Both the position numbers and the translations under genes were made by a program. The notes beneath the pieces are model-generated. The model saw only the letters and a program-made list of their open reading frames with translations, did no database searches and had not been told where the DNA came from. This document shows, piece after piece, positions 38,577 to 52,405 of a DNA stretch of 64,000 nt. Position 1 is the stretch's first letter, and each line of letters starts with the position of its first letter. The DNA lies in contig JAAILG010000172.1 in NCBI GenBank assembly GCA_012026655.1, positions 62,001 through 126,000 of the forward strand, written 5' to 3'. The DNA is from Hydrolagus affinis. Its lineage: Eukaryota.

Positions 38577-38772
38577 CGGTTCACCTCGTCTATGCATTGT
38601 CCTCCGTTTTGACATGGCTGACTCTCGCACTCATCAAGGTTGATTTCACAATTGGAGCCATTAAAACCAAGAGCACACGTGCAAGAATAGGTGGCCAGGT
38701 TGTCGTGGCAAGTTGCAGCATTCAGACATGGCTGTGACAAGCACTCATTGATTTCCAACTCACAATTTGTGC
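38577..38772 (-). CDS. CRB1: CRB1 exon 3 (EGF-like)
   Basis: gtgttaatag|GC ACA AAT...AAC CG|gtacgt; 196 nt; calcium-binding EGF repeats. Confidence 0.96.
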
Positions 38773-40000
38773 CTATTAACACAATCCAATAAATTGATTA
38801 CAGTACTGCAATGTAAAAGCGTAAAAAAGTACAGTTTTTAAAAATTATGTATATATGTTTTTTTAAGTAATATCTTCCCAGTGATCTGGTTGGTAGTCAT
38901 AGATTCAACTGGTTTGAGTCTAGATGTTCACTGAAACTCACTCAAGGGCTTCTGGGGAAAGGTAAGGGAGAATTAGGAAGTCTCTAAGATCCTAATGTCA
39001 GTCAAGACATTACAGATAGATGACTATTGGAGGTGGGCCTTCAGCACAATTGGGGCAATAATTGTAACTTATCTTTGTGCTTTCTTATTAAGTGTAACAG
39101 TGTTCCATTCCAAAGTAAGAACATTCCCATAACAAACAGGAATATAAATTGGCCATGGTTTATTCAAATCAACATATCCAGTAAGAACCAGATGTGCATT
39201 TAGATATGTATTCTGATATTTGGTTTGCTTCCGCACCATATTGCCACCTTAAACCCTGTATAAGTAATTATTAACAAGCAATATATTTTAGTCTGGCCAA
39301 CCATTAACAAAACACTAATTGCTTAAGCTACTTGTATAAAATGTGCACAAATTTTGGAGAAATATCCCTGCAGTTAGTAAAAAAATATATATTTCAAAAT
39401 ACTTTTGGTAAAAAAAAGGGAAAATATCCATTGATATTACACATAATGTTGTATTATGCTGTCTACCTCACATAATTTAGTAAGTCTAAATGAGGTGTTG
39501 ATTAGGTTTCTAAAGATCTCTTTATTCATTAATGTTCTTCAAGTGCATCGCATTAAGTTTCCAATTGTGCTTGATCCCTATCTCTGTGTCTACCTTTTTT
39601 GACAGGAACTCATGTCTGTCCCATTCAAAACTCTATTTTGAGGGGGATTATTGGGGGGGATTATTAAACAAACAGACAACAGTTGACTTGTGGAAATTCT
39701 TGACAATTCTGTACTTCAGTATTAAGCTTGACTTTTTTTTACCTATTTCTAAGATTCAATTGAACAAATAAGCAAACAAAGCAGGTCAAACTGGTCCCTG
39801 TCCTAATTGGTAATAGTGAGTTCCATTGTTATATGCCACCTTTTGTAAAAAGAGGAAACTTCTACACTATAAAAGCATGAAAAAAAAAGTTATTTGGGTT
39901 CTGAGTCATGTTCTGGAATGAAAGTTCCTCAATCCTTTGAAAAAAAACTACGCTTTTCTTGGACCCCAATTTCAGGATTTGGGTCTGAAAGTCCCTTTAC

Positions 40001-40585
40001 CTGTAAAGCCAAGTGGGCATTTGCAGATGTATTTGTCGATTTTGTTCATACACATGGCTCCATTCATACAGGGTTCTGATGCACACTCGTCCACTTCGAT
40101 CTCACACTGTTTGCCCTGGAAACCAGGCACACAGAAACATGAAAACCCATCAGCCTTATCCTTGCATAGGGCTCCATTTACACATGGGCTTGATGCACAT
40201 TTTGTCACGGCTGTTTCACAGTTTCTGCCAGTGTACCCTGGTGTACACAAGCAGATGTGTCCAGCATGGCCATCGAAACAGGTGGCTTGGTTCCTGCATG
40301 GGCTGTGGGCACATTTATTGATGTGAATTTCACATTTGGTGCCAGTGTAACCAGGAAGGCAGTTACAAGAGAAGTCTGTTGTTCCGAGTGTGCTTTTACA
40401 GGTAGCGTTGTGCAAACAGGGGTCGGATGAGCAACCATCATATGGTTCTTCACAGTTCTTCCCTGTAAAGGCTACAGGTGTCACCGGACAATGGCAAACA
40501 TAATCGTCAGTGTGATCCTCACAGGTAGCATTGTTTTTACAGGGGCTGAGGGGGCACTTGGTGAGATTTGCAGCACAACACACAC
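40001..40585 (-). CDS. CRB1: CRB1 exon 2 (about 5 EGF-like repeats)
   Basis: gtgttttgtag|GT GTG TGT...ACA G|gtaaag; 585 nt, phase 1 to phase 1. Confidence 0.97.
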
Positions 40586-42053
40586 CTACAAAACACAAGG
40601 AAAGGAAAACAAGTTACAAATATTACAATTTAGAGAAAGAAACTAACTGAATGAAGCATCGGCTGAGAGTTTTTTTTAAACTATTATGGATATTATGAAA
40701 TTCATTTGATACAATCAATGACACTGAATATTTTTTAAATAAGAAAGCAACGTACAGTACTATAATTAAGGTAATTGTCACGTAAGATTCAGAAACCATA
40801 TGAGAAAAAGGTGACACTGTTCTTATCAAGGCAGACAGAGTGTACAGCACAGGATTGTTGTATGTTTCTTTCAGATTACTGAATAGGTTAATAAGATGTG
40901 ATGTTGCTTTAACGAGAAACACAAATTTTATAAATCCCATTTTTAAGGTTTTATTTAAAACTTAATTTGCAGCAGCATTTTAATCACCTTACTAAAAAAA
41001 ATCTTTTTCAGGAGAACCCCAGGAAGCTGACATTCCTCTGGACACTAATCCTAGCAAAAATGTACAAGAGAGTAAATGGGGGGTGGAGACTGGGTTAAGC
41101 TGCAGGAGGTTGAGAGATTGCACCAAATTAATGGATATTTAGCACTACTCTGTACTTTCCTAATTCTCAGAAACTTGAGTAAAATTGTTTAGAAATGTCC
41201 AGTGGAGCTTGTTAAAGTCCGTTAATGAATAACTTTTCCAGCATTTGGCAGCTGAGTGGTCAAACTGAATGTGAGCTTTAAGCCTTAGTTTAGACATGAA
41301 TGCTGTCAACTCTACTTATGTTCATCACAAATCTTACTGATCTGAAGCCATCTATCCCAATTGCTTATGGTCATTCTCCAAGCTGTCGCTATCTCCTCCA
41401 CCACCGGTTCATGTCAAGTCAAATTCTTCTACCAACGCCTCCTATAATATCTAGGCTTCAATCCCATTTTTTTCTTTCTTTACTTAATAATTGTTTTCCA
41501 GTTGTAGGAAGCAGCCTCCCCTGTTTGAATACATTGCCAATTACCTTTAGTCATCAGATTACTGTCATGTTGGATTATCAAAAAAGGTATTATGACACCA
41601 GCTACACAGAAATAAGACTAATACTTTCATTTAGTTTTAATAGAGATAGATTTTTAAACTAGAAGCTAGCCAAACATTTTCTGTAGGCAATGTCTATTCT
41701 GGAAAAACCAAAGAAGTAAATGTAAACCCTATTATTGCCATGCAATATCAGCCGAGATAAAATCGCAACCCAGTGGCAAAATGCTGCTGCTAGCTGTGTT
41801 TCCACATCAATATCTCCTGTTGGTCAGTTGAAAAGCCTAATTTTGAAACTCAGTTTTCCTGTGATCATGAAATAGTCAACTTAAATTGGTGGTTGATGTT
41901 GTACCTTTGGCGCTCTGTGCAATAAACAGAAGCTTGAGTACTTCCCTTCAAAACCAAAGATATCAAGGTGGGCTGGTAACAGAACACAGCCAGGCCAGGA
42001 TAATACTGCTATGCTCCTTTACACTCGGGGGATCTTCAGCATTCATTCAGGAT

Positions 42054-42370
42054 GAGTCCTATAGCTCAGTGGTTAGAGCATTTGCCTTACAAGCGTGAGA
42101 CCTGTGTTTTGAATCCAGGCAAGTCAGGGCGAAACCTTGGGCAAGTTTCCTTACTCCACATGCCTGATAATAATCTGAGCAAAACAAACTATAATAAATT
42201 GGTCATTTCAATCCACGACTGTTTGTGGGACACTACTGTGTACAATTGGCTGCTGCGTTTCGCCCACAAATATACAGTCAATTCACTTTACAGTACATTC
42301 TGTGTAGCACTTTGAGGTATCTAGAAGATGTGAAAAGCGTTATATCAAATGCAAGCATTATTATTATTAT
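42054..42370 (+). mobile_element. Full-length tRNA-derived SINE
   Basis: gagtcctatagctcagtggttagagc head ... gcaagcattattattatt tail. Confidence 0.9.
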
Positions 42371-43075
42371 ATTCAGTATGTGCACACCACACTGTCTGTG
42401 CATATGTTCTCTCGCCTTTAACACTACCCACAGCGCCTGACTGTTTACTGGTTGTAAAATCTCATGTATCTTTGCAAGAGTTTTATTTGCAGGACTGTGT
42501 TGAAGTTTGCTGTATTTGTTGCTCCAAATTTAATTAATCCTCTAATTGCATTATCTCACACACAAAAAATCCTGCTTGCATGCGTCACTTCACATTTTTT
42601 TTCATACGGATCATTTTTTCTGGAATCAAAGCAGCTTAGTCTGATGTGTCAAATAATCCTCAAAAACAATGAAGAAGGTGGATTTGGGGTTTTGGCAAAT
42701 CATCCTAGGCAAAAATACAGCATGGGTTAATCATTAGTTGACTGCATGTGGATGCTGACATCATTCCAAAGTGACATTTCCCCATGAAAACAATAGGTTG
42801 CTTTACTTCAAAGCAAGGACAATGGCGTATACCATTAGATCACATATTTGGAGAATAATCCCATTGATTAGTTAACCAGCTATTGCCACCCTAAACATTT
42901 CTGATCATTTAATAAATTTGCAAATAATATGACAGCAAGAGTATGGCATCTCCGAAACCAGATGTTTCTCTGCACCTTTATGAAATTTGGATTGAAGTCT
43001 TAAATGTTATAATTAATTATCTCAATTTCACAACATTTCATTCATTTGTGTGAGGCGTGGACTGCTAAACAGTAT

Positions 43076-43384
43076 TAATAATAATAACAACTCTTGCATT
43101 TGATATATCGCTTTTCACATCTCCTAGAATTCTCAAATCACTTCACAGATTATACTGTAAAGTGAATTGACTGTATATGTGGGCAAACCGAGGCAGCCAC
43201 TTGCACACAACAGTGTCCCACAAACAGTCATGGGTTGAAATGACCAATTTATTATTACTGATCCAAGGATTATTATCACCCGTGTGAAAAAAGGAAACTT
43301 ACCCAAGGTTTCACGCCGCTAGGAATCAAGCCCAGATCTCTCGCCTGCAAGGCGAGTGCTCTAACCACTGAGCTACAAGACTCC
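43076..43384 (-). mobile_element. Full-length tRNA-derived SINE
   Basis: Inverted copy of the same family. Confidence 0.9.
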
Positions 43385-45024
43385 ACAATATATAATATAT
43401 TCTATTATCCTTCAGTACACTCACTTAATAGTGTATGGAAAGTGAAAGAAGTGAGTTTTACTCGATTGTAGGAAGCCAACTGCAGTTATTGACATTTATG
43501 TAACTTAATTGAACTGTATTTCATACACACCCCTTTTGAAAACAATCACAAAAAATAAGGGAAGAAAAGCACTGATGCATACTTTACATTAAACTAAAAT
43601 GATGAAATGTGTCTGTATGCATTCGAAGGAATGGATCAGAAAATTCTGCAGCCTCCTCTGATTATGATCAGTTACAAAGCAAAAGCAAAAAAAGGCTAAT
43701 TTGATTTGTAAAATTGTTCTGACCTTTTGTATCTGAGACAAAAAATAATACTAATAATAACTGCAACATTGTCTTGTGCTAGTCCAGTCAAAGGAACTGT
43801 AATCCTGAGCGCATGTGTGTACAGACAGGTTAAAGTAGCCAGTGCCACAGATTTGCAATCATAACACCTCCTAATCTATAACACCTCCTCCTTCTAACCT
43901 GGTTCTTCGGGATTCTCATAGTTCCACCAGTAAAGAGAACAAAAGGGAAACCTGATGTTTTACCCACAAAACAGTCAATTCACTTTACAGTATATTCTGT
44001 GAAGCGATTTGAGACTCTCGAAAATATGATAAAACACTATACCAAATGCAAAGATTATTATTATTATTATCATCTTTCACTGATCAATTGTAATATAAAT
44101 TTCACATTTACAAATAAAACAACAAGAAAAAGTACAGTCATGGATGGTTTTATGTTTTAGTCCCTATTCCTGCTCTATTCATTATTGTTGACCATCTTAT
44201 GTAGATTTTTATTTCCTTTTTATTTATTTTGCAATTGTCACCGTTCATTAAAATGTGCACCCTTTTCTTTCCATATGTTTCATCTTATCTCCCAGTATAA
44301 ACACAGCAGAATAGTCCAAGGGAGGGGGAACAAGGGGATCAAAACATAAATTACTCTAATCTCCAGGGGGAGGGGTGTTGGAGAAGAAGAGAACGGATTG
44401 GTGTGTAGCGATAATTGTGATAACTCATTAAAATTGCAAGTGCCACAGAGGTTACATGAAGATAAGGAAAACAAAAGGAATAAATCGAAGTTGCCAACCA
44501 AGCATTGAAAGGACTACAATAAACTAAAGCTGCAGCAGCCGAGATAACAAGTCATGGGCAGTATTCTCCTCTAAAATAACAAAATAATATGTGAACAATT
44601 GAAATCAATCTCAATAGCATGAATGTTGTGTAAATTGTAAAGTGCCACCAGTACAACAAAGAATGTTCTTTGTTCTTTTGTTCTTGAAAGTCTTACGGGC
44701 AAAATTGATTGGGGGAGTTTGGAAATCGTAAAGGTTATTAAACTGTTACTGTCAGAGTGAACTTTCTACTGCTTAAACCCTCTGCCAAAAGGTGAATCAA
44801 TTATGCTCCATAGAGCTGTATTTTCCTGTATTTCCTTCCACTGATCTATTGATGGGGACTGGACTTTATCTGAAGTTTCCTACACTAAAATGTCAACATT
44901 ATTTGCAGGTGGGATGATTCGTCAGTTAATAATACAACTGTTTCCTGTTGTAATTAAAGATGATCAACATTTTAAGGCAGATCCTAATAATACGAAGAAA
45001 AGGTATTTTAAAGTGGATTATTAT

Positions 45025-45244
45025 ATAATAATGATCCTTACGTTTGATATAGTGCTTTTCACATCTTCTAGATATCTAAGTGCTTCACAGCTAAAATGAC
45101 CGATTTATTATTGGGTTTTTTTGAGGGATTATTATCAGGTATGTGGAGTAAGGAAACTTGCCCAAGATTTCGCTCTGCTCGGGAATCAAATCCAGGTCTC
45201 TTGCTTGCGAGGCAAGCGCACTAACCACTGAGCTACAGGACTCC
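45025..45244 (-). mobile_element. tRNA-derived SINE with internal deletion
   Basis: Head and tail present; central segment missing. Confidence 0.85.
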
Positions 45245-45995
45245 ACTAATTATTATATATTAAAGGGGCTACGTTGACAATTATATAGAGGAATGCAATA
45301 GTCACATGTATGAGTTCATTTAGAAAATAGCTTTTAGTAGAATGCAGAATTGAATTTGTTAATTGCAGGGATTCTATCTCCAGTTCACTTTTGTAGCACA
45401 CAAACTCAAATAAAATTAACCAGTAGATTATTTCATAGTATTGTACTATCATATAAGATACATTAGATATCATGAGTTGATTGCCCGGCTTTACATAGTT
45501 AGATGCAATTATTATTTGCGTGATAATTAGAATTAATTTATAATAAACTGTGATCAGTAATCCCCTTTAAAGGACAGTTTTTGTTCTTGAACTTGTTCTC
45601 CTGTATTATCAATGGTTGATGATACATTCATAGCTGTTTATGGGACATCACCCTGGGCAAATTGGCTGCTGTATTCGCCTGCAAAATACAGAATCTCTAC
45701 ACGTTACAGTAAATCCTGCAAAATGCTTTGAGAAATGCTCCTGATGTGAGAGGTACTATATCAAATTATTGTTAGTATTCTTGTTTCACTTCCAAATATA
45801 GCTTGTGTGGTTCCTTGAAATCCATGATATTTTTCCATTGATTTTCCATTCACTTTTATCAAAACTGAATGCTTATACTGTATATGGTACAGTACCGAGA
45901 ACAAATGATTTTCTGCAACATATTTACACTACAAGCTGCATACTGTGAATTTTAACCTCTATGGTTAATATTCCGTGAGATGTTTGGAGCTGTTT

Positions 45996-46258
45996 GGAGC
46001 CCTGTAGCTCAATGGTTAGAGCACTCGCTTCACAAGCGAGAGACCTGGGTTTGATTCCCGGCAGGGTGAAACGTTGAGCAACTTATTCCACACGCCTGAT
46101 CCACGACTGTTTGTGGGACACTACTGTGTGCAATTGGCTGCCACCTTTCGCCTACAAAATTATTCTGTAAATTCACTTTACAGTATATTCTGTGAAGCGC
46201 TTTGAGACATCTAAAAGACGTGAAAAGCGCTCTAACAAATGCAAGGGTTATTATTATT
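45996..46258 (+). mobile_element. tRNA-derived SINE
   Basis: ggagccctgtagctcaatggttagagcactcgc head and (TTA)n tail. Confidence 0.9.
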
Positions 46259-49088
46259 AGATGTATACTGTTGCCAGTTCACAGTCAACCCTGTCTCGTT
46301 GTACCCATTCATCCTGCTTAAATAGACACAGAGGACAACATTACAATTGTTATCCTCCATCACATGTACTGATACGTGGTGCAGGTGTAGAGGAGATTAT
46401 AGTTAATAACGGTTACCTATAAACAGTGTTTTGATGTCATTTATGCTGTTTGCAGCCCAAAGAAGCACTGGTAAAAATACAGAAAAAAATATCACTTGTT
46501 CAGTTTTCCTGCTCTACTGAAACAATCCTGGAAATAAATTGTGCAAACATCCTAACTCAGTGTCACTTTTATTTATGTAACATACATCCAACACTACAGC
46601 CTGATCTGCTAAGGATCAGTGCTTAATGCGGCTAAATAATAACTAGGTGATGGTGAGCCTTTGTGATGGAGGCACATTTCACACAACAATGCAATCTGAT
46701 CCCATCGCGCAATCAGCTCAATCAGCTTCCACGGCCAAAGTTGTCTCACTAATTTATCACTCTAGCAACACCATCATTTCTTATACAAGAAATAATAATA
46801 CACTGTAATCAATTTCTTAAAGAAAGAACGCACTGAATCGCTTCAGTTAATTGCTGTACACGTATTTGCATTGCACAATACATTCTGCAACATTCACTAA
46901 ATTATTTCATTACAAGCATCACCAAGATGACAAATGACAGGACACGTTAGCACAGAAAATCCTGAATTCGCTCAGCACGAACTGCAGACCTAGCAAACTG
47001 CATGGTTTTACTACACTCTACAGACAAAAGATTTTCAGCATTTACACGTTCATTTATTGCAGTATTTTGTTGTAATGTTGCTTAAGAATATTGCAAAAAT
47101 AAACAATGATTCTATATCCATTTCTAGATTGTAATATTGTTGAATTTGTATGTTTTTTTTCCAGATTTCTTAAGAGAACGAGAGAATTTCTCTTGATTAA
47201 ACAGTCTGAATCTTCAGTTAAAAAATTAACTTTTAATGTAACTATGTATGGTGTGTGCTTTGATTAACCTATTCTTCTGAATGACCATTAAAGTCAATTC
47301 AGATAATCAACATCAAAGAGCTGCAACAGCGGGACATTCTGCTGAATTCCTACTGTTCTAACATCACCAAAGAAGCAGAACAAATTGGAACAGATTAATA
47401 GAAATTAAGCATGTAATGTCTGGTATGAGGCATGACAGTGAAATCAGAGTTCATTGTCCCAATCGTGCCTCCAAGTTCCCAGGCCGCCTCAGGGATTTTC
47501 AGGACTAGTCTTCGAAACGTCAGTTTGACAAACAAATTTCCCCGATGCTTAAGCCATATTCTAAATATGCTTCACAAACTATTTTTCGAAGACATTTTGG
47601 CTTTATTCACCTGGCGAATCCTTTCTGTAGATGTGCTTACTCTCACAACCCTCTCAAAATAACAAGGAAAGTGTCAGTTAGTTATGTGGAATCATCCCAG
47701 GAACGCCTCTAATGTTTAAAGTACTGAAAGGGTTACGTATGACAGCAGAATCTGTCTTTTGTAAATTATTGTTTGTCATTTTGAAAAATTGTGGAGTCTA
47801 ACCAGCAGCAAAATGTAATTGTACTGTGGCAGGATACTGGGTCTGTCACACTATACTCCCCATAAAGTGACTCTGATCTCATCTGCCTGGGACTGTTGCC
47901 AAATTGAGTGGAGGTGCTATACCAGGGAAAAGTAAAAGTAGAGAGTAAATTGATCTTTGCTGCTCTGGTGCAGAGCATTTCTCAGGACTGTAGTTGACTC
48001 AAGAGGAACATTAAAGCAAAACAATCTTTCACATTTCAGAAGGTTTTATGAAAATACACATTTACACACTGATTGTGATATTTAAATAGAAGTGCAAGAT
48101 GAACAAAGCTACACACTTCTATTATAAAATACCTCCCCCACACCACACCCTGCCGCACACATAGACCAATGGATATGTGGAATAAACACCCACCAAAGTC
48201 AAGGTGATGGGTCTCATTTAGATGAGCAATAACACAAAGTGCAGCAGAATATTCCAAAACTAAAGCAGTTTAATTTAATAGTTTGTAAAATTGTTCCTTC
48301 TCAGAGCAGGTTATATATTCCTCTGGAGTTTCACGGTTAATGCAGTTTGTATACAGTGTTGTTTTGGGACATCTCAGTCAAGCATCACAAGAACATTACT
48401 GATCTATGAATACTCTTAATGACTCAGTTTACTTTGAAATGATGCTGTGCATTGATAAGACAATGCTTTCTGTATAAACAGGAGTCAAAACTGTAGCTTG
48501 TTATCCAGTTTTTCTTAATTAATTGTAAAAGCATACTATGCCAGAAAATTAGGTTGTAGCTTCTGTGAGAGCTGGACAAGTGGGAGCTTGGTTATAATGA
48601 GCTGGACAAGTGCCAGTCCACAGTGATATCTGTCTCTGTGTTACCATATTTTATGTTACTTTCTGTCCCAATCTCACTTTATTTCTCTAACATCATTATT
48701 CACCCCATCTTTGGCTTGTTATGAGGCAGAAGTTTAACTCATAAAGTTGTCTTTAGAAATTAATAACTACATTTACGATCAATTGTGTAATAATAAAATA
48801 TGTTTCTACAATTAATTGGAAAGGTATCTTCAATTATGAATATTTCAGACAATTTGAATAATCTATATTTGTATACCGTAGTGCCTTTCACTTCAGGAGG
48901 ATGTCTCAAAGCGCTTCAAAAATCTTGACTTTGTAATTTATATCAATATAATGTACTTAGTTATCCTTCCAAAAGTTTCATTGAAATTCATTGAAATCTA
49001 AGATAGCAATGGAGCAGTTTTTAAAACTATAGATTGACAGATAAACACCTTGCAAAAACTAATAAAGAGTATTTAAAAGGTGATTTCT

Positions 49089-49421
49089 GGAGTCCTGTAG
49101 CTCAGTGGTTAGAGCACTTGTCTTGCAAGCAAGAGACCTGGGTTCGATTCCAGACAAGGTGAAACTTTGGGCAAGTTTCATTACTCCACATGCCTGATAA
49201 TAATTCCTCAAAAAAACAATAATACAACAGTCATTTCAATCCACGACTGTTTGTAGGACACTGCTATGTGCAATTGGTTGCCGCGATTCGCCTACAAAGT
49301 CAATTCAGTTTGCTGTATATATATATATATATATATATACTCACTCTGTGAAGTGCTTTGATATATCCAGAAGATATGAAAAGCGCTATATCAAATGCAA
49401 CTATTATTATTACTATTATTA
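49089..49421 (+). mobile_element. tRNA-derived SINE containing an internal (TA)n microsatellite
   Basis: ggagtcctgtagctcagtggttagagc...gggttcgattcc head; about (TA)12 at 49316-49339. Confidence 0.9.
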
Positions 49422-50554
49422 TTCTACTCCCACCAACAATCTTCCAGATAAAATTGCTTATTCTCTTCATGACTGTTTGTGGGACATTGTTTGTGCGCAT
49501 ATTTGCTGACATGTTTCCTTACAAATATAGTCACTTAAATATAGTTCCTTAACAGTAACTCATGTGAAAGAATTTCAGATATTTTGATGACGTGATATGG
49601 CCCTATAGCAAATACAAAGTTTATTATTACATCAATGTATTAATATATTTGCTGCTTGTTGCTGTGATGGGGGAGGCAGATCACAGATGCATTAAATTAC
49701 ATGACATTTTAAATCTTAAGCATAATTATAGTCCAATAATATGATCAATGTCACATATGAACTAATAGATACACAATAGTTATTGATCAGGAAAAATACA
49801 GTGTTGAAATGAGGAATTGAGGTAATTCAGGGTTATTTGTATTTCTCACCTTTTTAGGTCAAGATTTCAATTTCAGTTAAACTTATTAATAAACATATGT
49901 TCTTTGTTCGAATATTTAAATGTATTGATCCATTCTTGGAAAGACAATTAAAGCAAAGTCGATTTAAATTGAGAATGTGAAAATTTGAAAATCCATATGA
50001 AAGCTTTGTCCAGAAACAGATTACAGCTATAAGCTTAACCCCACAGTACATGGCATCGACCAAATTGATTAAATTGAAGTAGGTGCTACGTGACTTCAAC
50101 TAATCTATAAATTGCACAGTCAAGATTCAGGGAGCTCATCTATACAGACGGTATCCTATTTATTCCCGAAAGGATTTCTGACTTTACTATTGACCTTTGC
50201 GCTGAAGTCTGACAAAGAATTGTTGTGCTGCTAATGAAATCCTGAAACAAAACTCAGCTAGCATTGTCATTTTCTTTTAAGTAGCGGTATATTTTTCTTT
50301 GCAAAGGGTTCAACTTCCACTCTTTTAATGTGAAAAAAAATCAGCACTAGAACAAGAAATTTAAAAATAAGGATTAAAAAATTGACATTTTACCATGAGC
50401 TAACTGTTTCAAAAAAATTAACACAGAATATAATAATGCTCGCATTTGATATGTAAACATATAACAAAATTCAATATTTCAAAGCATTCTAGTTAATGCT
50501 ATTGCAAGTACTGTAATTACTTTGTAATTGTTTAGAGTAGATAAAGTATTGTTC

Positions 50555-50800
50555 GAATCATAGAAATTTACAGCACCAAAGGAGGTCATTCGGCCCATTA
50601 AGTCTGTGCCGGCTCTTTGAAAAGAGCTATTCAAAGTCAATCCCACTCCCAGGCTCTCTCCCCATAACCCCACAAACTGTCCTCCCCAAATAACCATCCA
50701 CCTCTCTTTTAAAAGTTGTTATCCAATCGGCCTCCACCACCCTTTCAGGCAGTGAATTCCTGAATCGATCAACTCATGTGAAAAAATTACTCCTCATCAC
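50555..50800 (-). mobile_element. CR1-like LINE 3' end
   Basis: atcatagaaatttacagcaccaaaggaggtcattcggccc...cctccaccaccctttcaggcagtgaattcc. Confidence 0.7.
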
Positions 50801-51699
50801 CTCCCCTCTGTTTCTTTTAGAAGGTTGGTTGGCATTTACATGTACAATTTGGAAAACATCTCTGTTCACAAAAAAAATGACCTGGATAACTACCTGAATA
50901 TTTTAGTATTTTATTGCACTGGGTTAAATAATAATTCAGTGTGAAAGCTGGTGCAGTATATGTGCTTGGCCCTTTTAGGAGGTTTAGCAGTTTGGTTCAG
51001 CAGCAATTGCTTCCAATTGAAACAAGGATGTAAAGTTCAATTATTGTCAACTTAGATTACTGGAATGCAAAATTCAGTTTTTATTAGATTTTTAATCCTG
51101 AGAAAAACTTGCTGGCTTTTATTTTTGGTGCTTTTCCTTGAAGCATTGTAGAAAGTTCAGAACCCAGGGTGTTTTTGCATATTGGGGCTGTAAATTATGT
51201 GGACATGTGGATTTCTATAGACAAGCTCACAGAAATGAATCTGCTTTTGCCAGAGGAAAGAGGATCGAAGGGGAATAGTGGTGACTTTGAACTATTGGGA
51301 AGTTTAGTTGATATAGATGTAAGAAAGCTGTTTGACCATGGAGTGTAAGCACCAAACTGAGGACACTAATTCAAAATTGATCACTCTCAACTCTCAGGAA
51401 AGTGGATGCATGGAACAGAAAAAACAATGGATACAGTCTCAACCAACTCCTTCAAATAGTGAATCAAAATTATGGCATTGATTTGGCAACATGCTTTTAT
51501 GTACAGTAGCTAGAAAAACTGATTTTGCTGTATTCAGGCTGAAACTTTCTAAAAGGGGTAGGAGTGAGCGACTCCAAATAGATTATTCACACCACCCATT
51601 CAAGACTTATTCTGGCCACTGTACACCCTTGCTGACAATACATGCTTCTCATAAATTAGAGACAACAAAGTCTAAAGAGATCACAGTCCAAAAAGTCAT

Positions 51700-52056
51700 G
51701 GAGTCCTGCAGGGTGTTGGTTTGAGCAGCTCACCTCACAAGTGAGAGGACCCAGGTTCAATTCCCAGGTAGGGTGAAACCGTAGGCAAGTTTCCTCCCCT
51801 TGTTTATCCAACTGTAAGTAGGAACCGGTTATTAGTCGATTGGTGGATTGCTTTCTTGTGATAATAATCACTTAATTTTTTTAAAATAATAAAAATTTGG
51901 TCACTCTATCCTGTTGTTGGATATTGCTATGTGTAATTGGCTGCTGCGTTTCGCCCACAAAATATAACGTCAATTCAATTTATAGTATATTCTGTGAAGC
52001 TCTTTGAGATGTCTCATTGACATTATAAGATGCTGTATCAAATGCAATTGATTAAT
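51700..52056 (+). mobile_element. Diverged tRNA-derived SINE (longer subfamily)
   Basis: ggagtcctgcag...ccaggttcaattcc head with an extra segment, plus the shared tail. Confidence 0.75.
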
Positions 52057-52059
52057 ATT

Positions 52060-52405
52060 TCACGTTTCAAGTTGGGAGGATGTTCTAAAGGACAGTCAGG
52101 GGTGTGCATCCAAGCTGCTGGCTGGAATCAAGAGAGGTGGAGAACACGAGAGGGTGGGGTGGGAAGAAAACTGAAGGCACGGTTGAAGAGGAAAGTCTTG
52201 AGATGGGCCTTGAAGGAAGCATAGGAGGTGGGAAGGTGGAGGGGCTCCGGGTTGGAGTTCCAGAGAGTGGGAGCAGAAAGACTAAAAGGCCTGACAGCCA
52301 TTGGCAAGACAGGCAAGATGGCGGACTGGAGCAGACCAGTCCCCTACCATATGGAAGGAGCACAAAGCTTGGTGTTAATAGGTCGCGGAGGTACGCAGGA
52401 GTCAT
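52060..52405 (-). mobile_element. L2-like LINE 3' fragment
   Basis: Remnant peptides PAYLRDLLTP and FSLSAPTLWNSNP...SFKAHLKTFLFNRAF. Confidence 0.8.

Noticed and set aside
21712-40326. Antisense ORFs overlapping CRB1 exons 2, 3, 6, 7 and 9
   Set aside because: Shadow ORFs of the real minus-strand exons.
49089-49160. tRNA-like sequence (also at 42054, 45996, 62623 and inverted copies)
   Set aside because: Each copy continues into the same body and (ATT)n tail and is degenerate; these are SINE heads, not tRNA genes.
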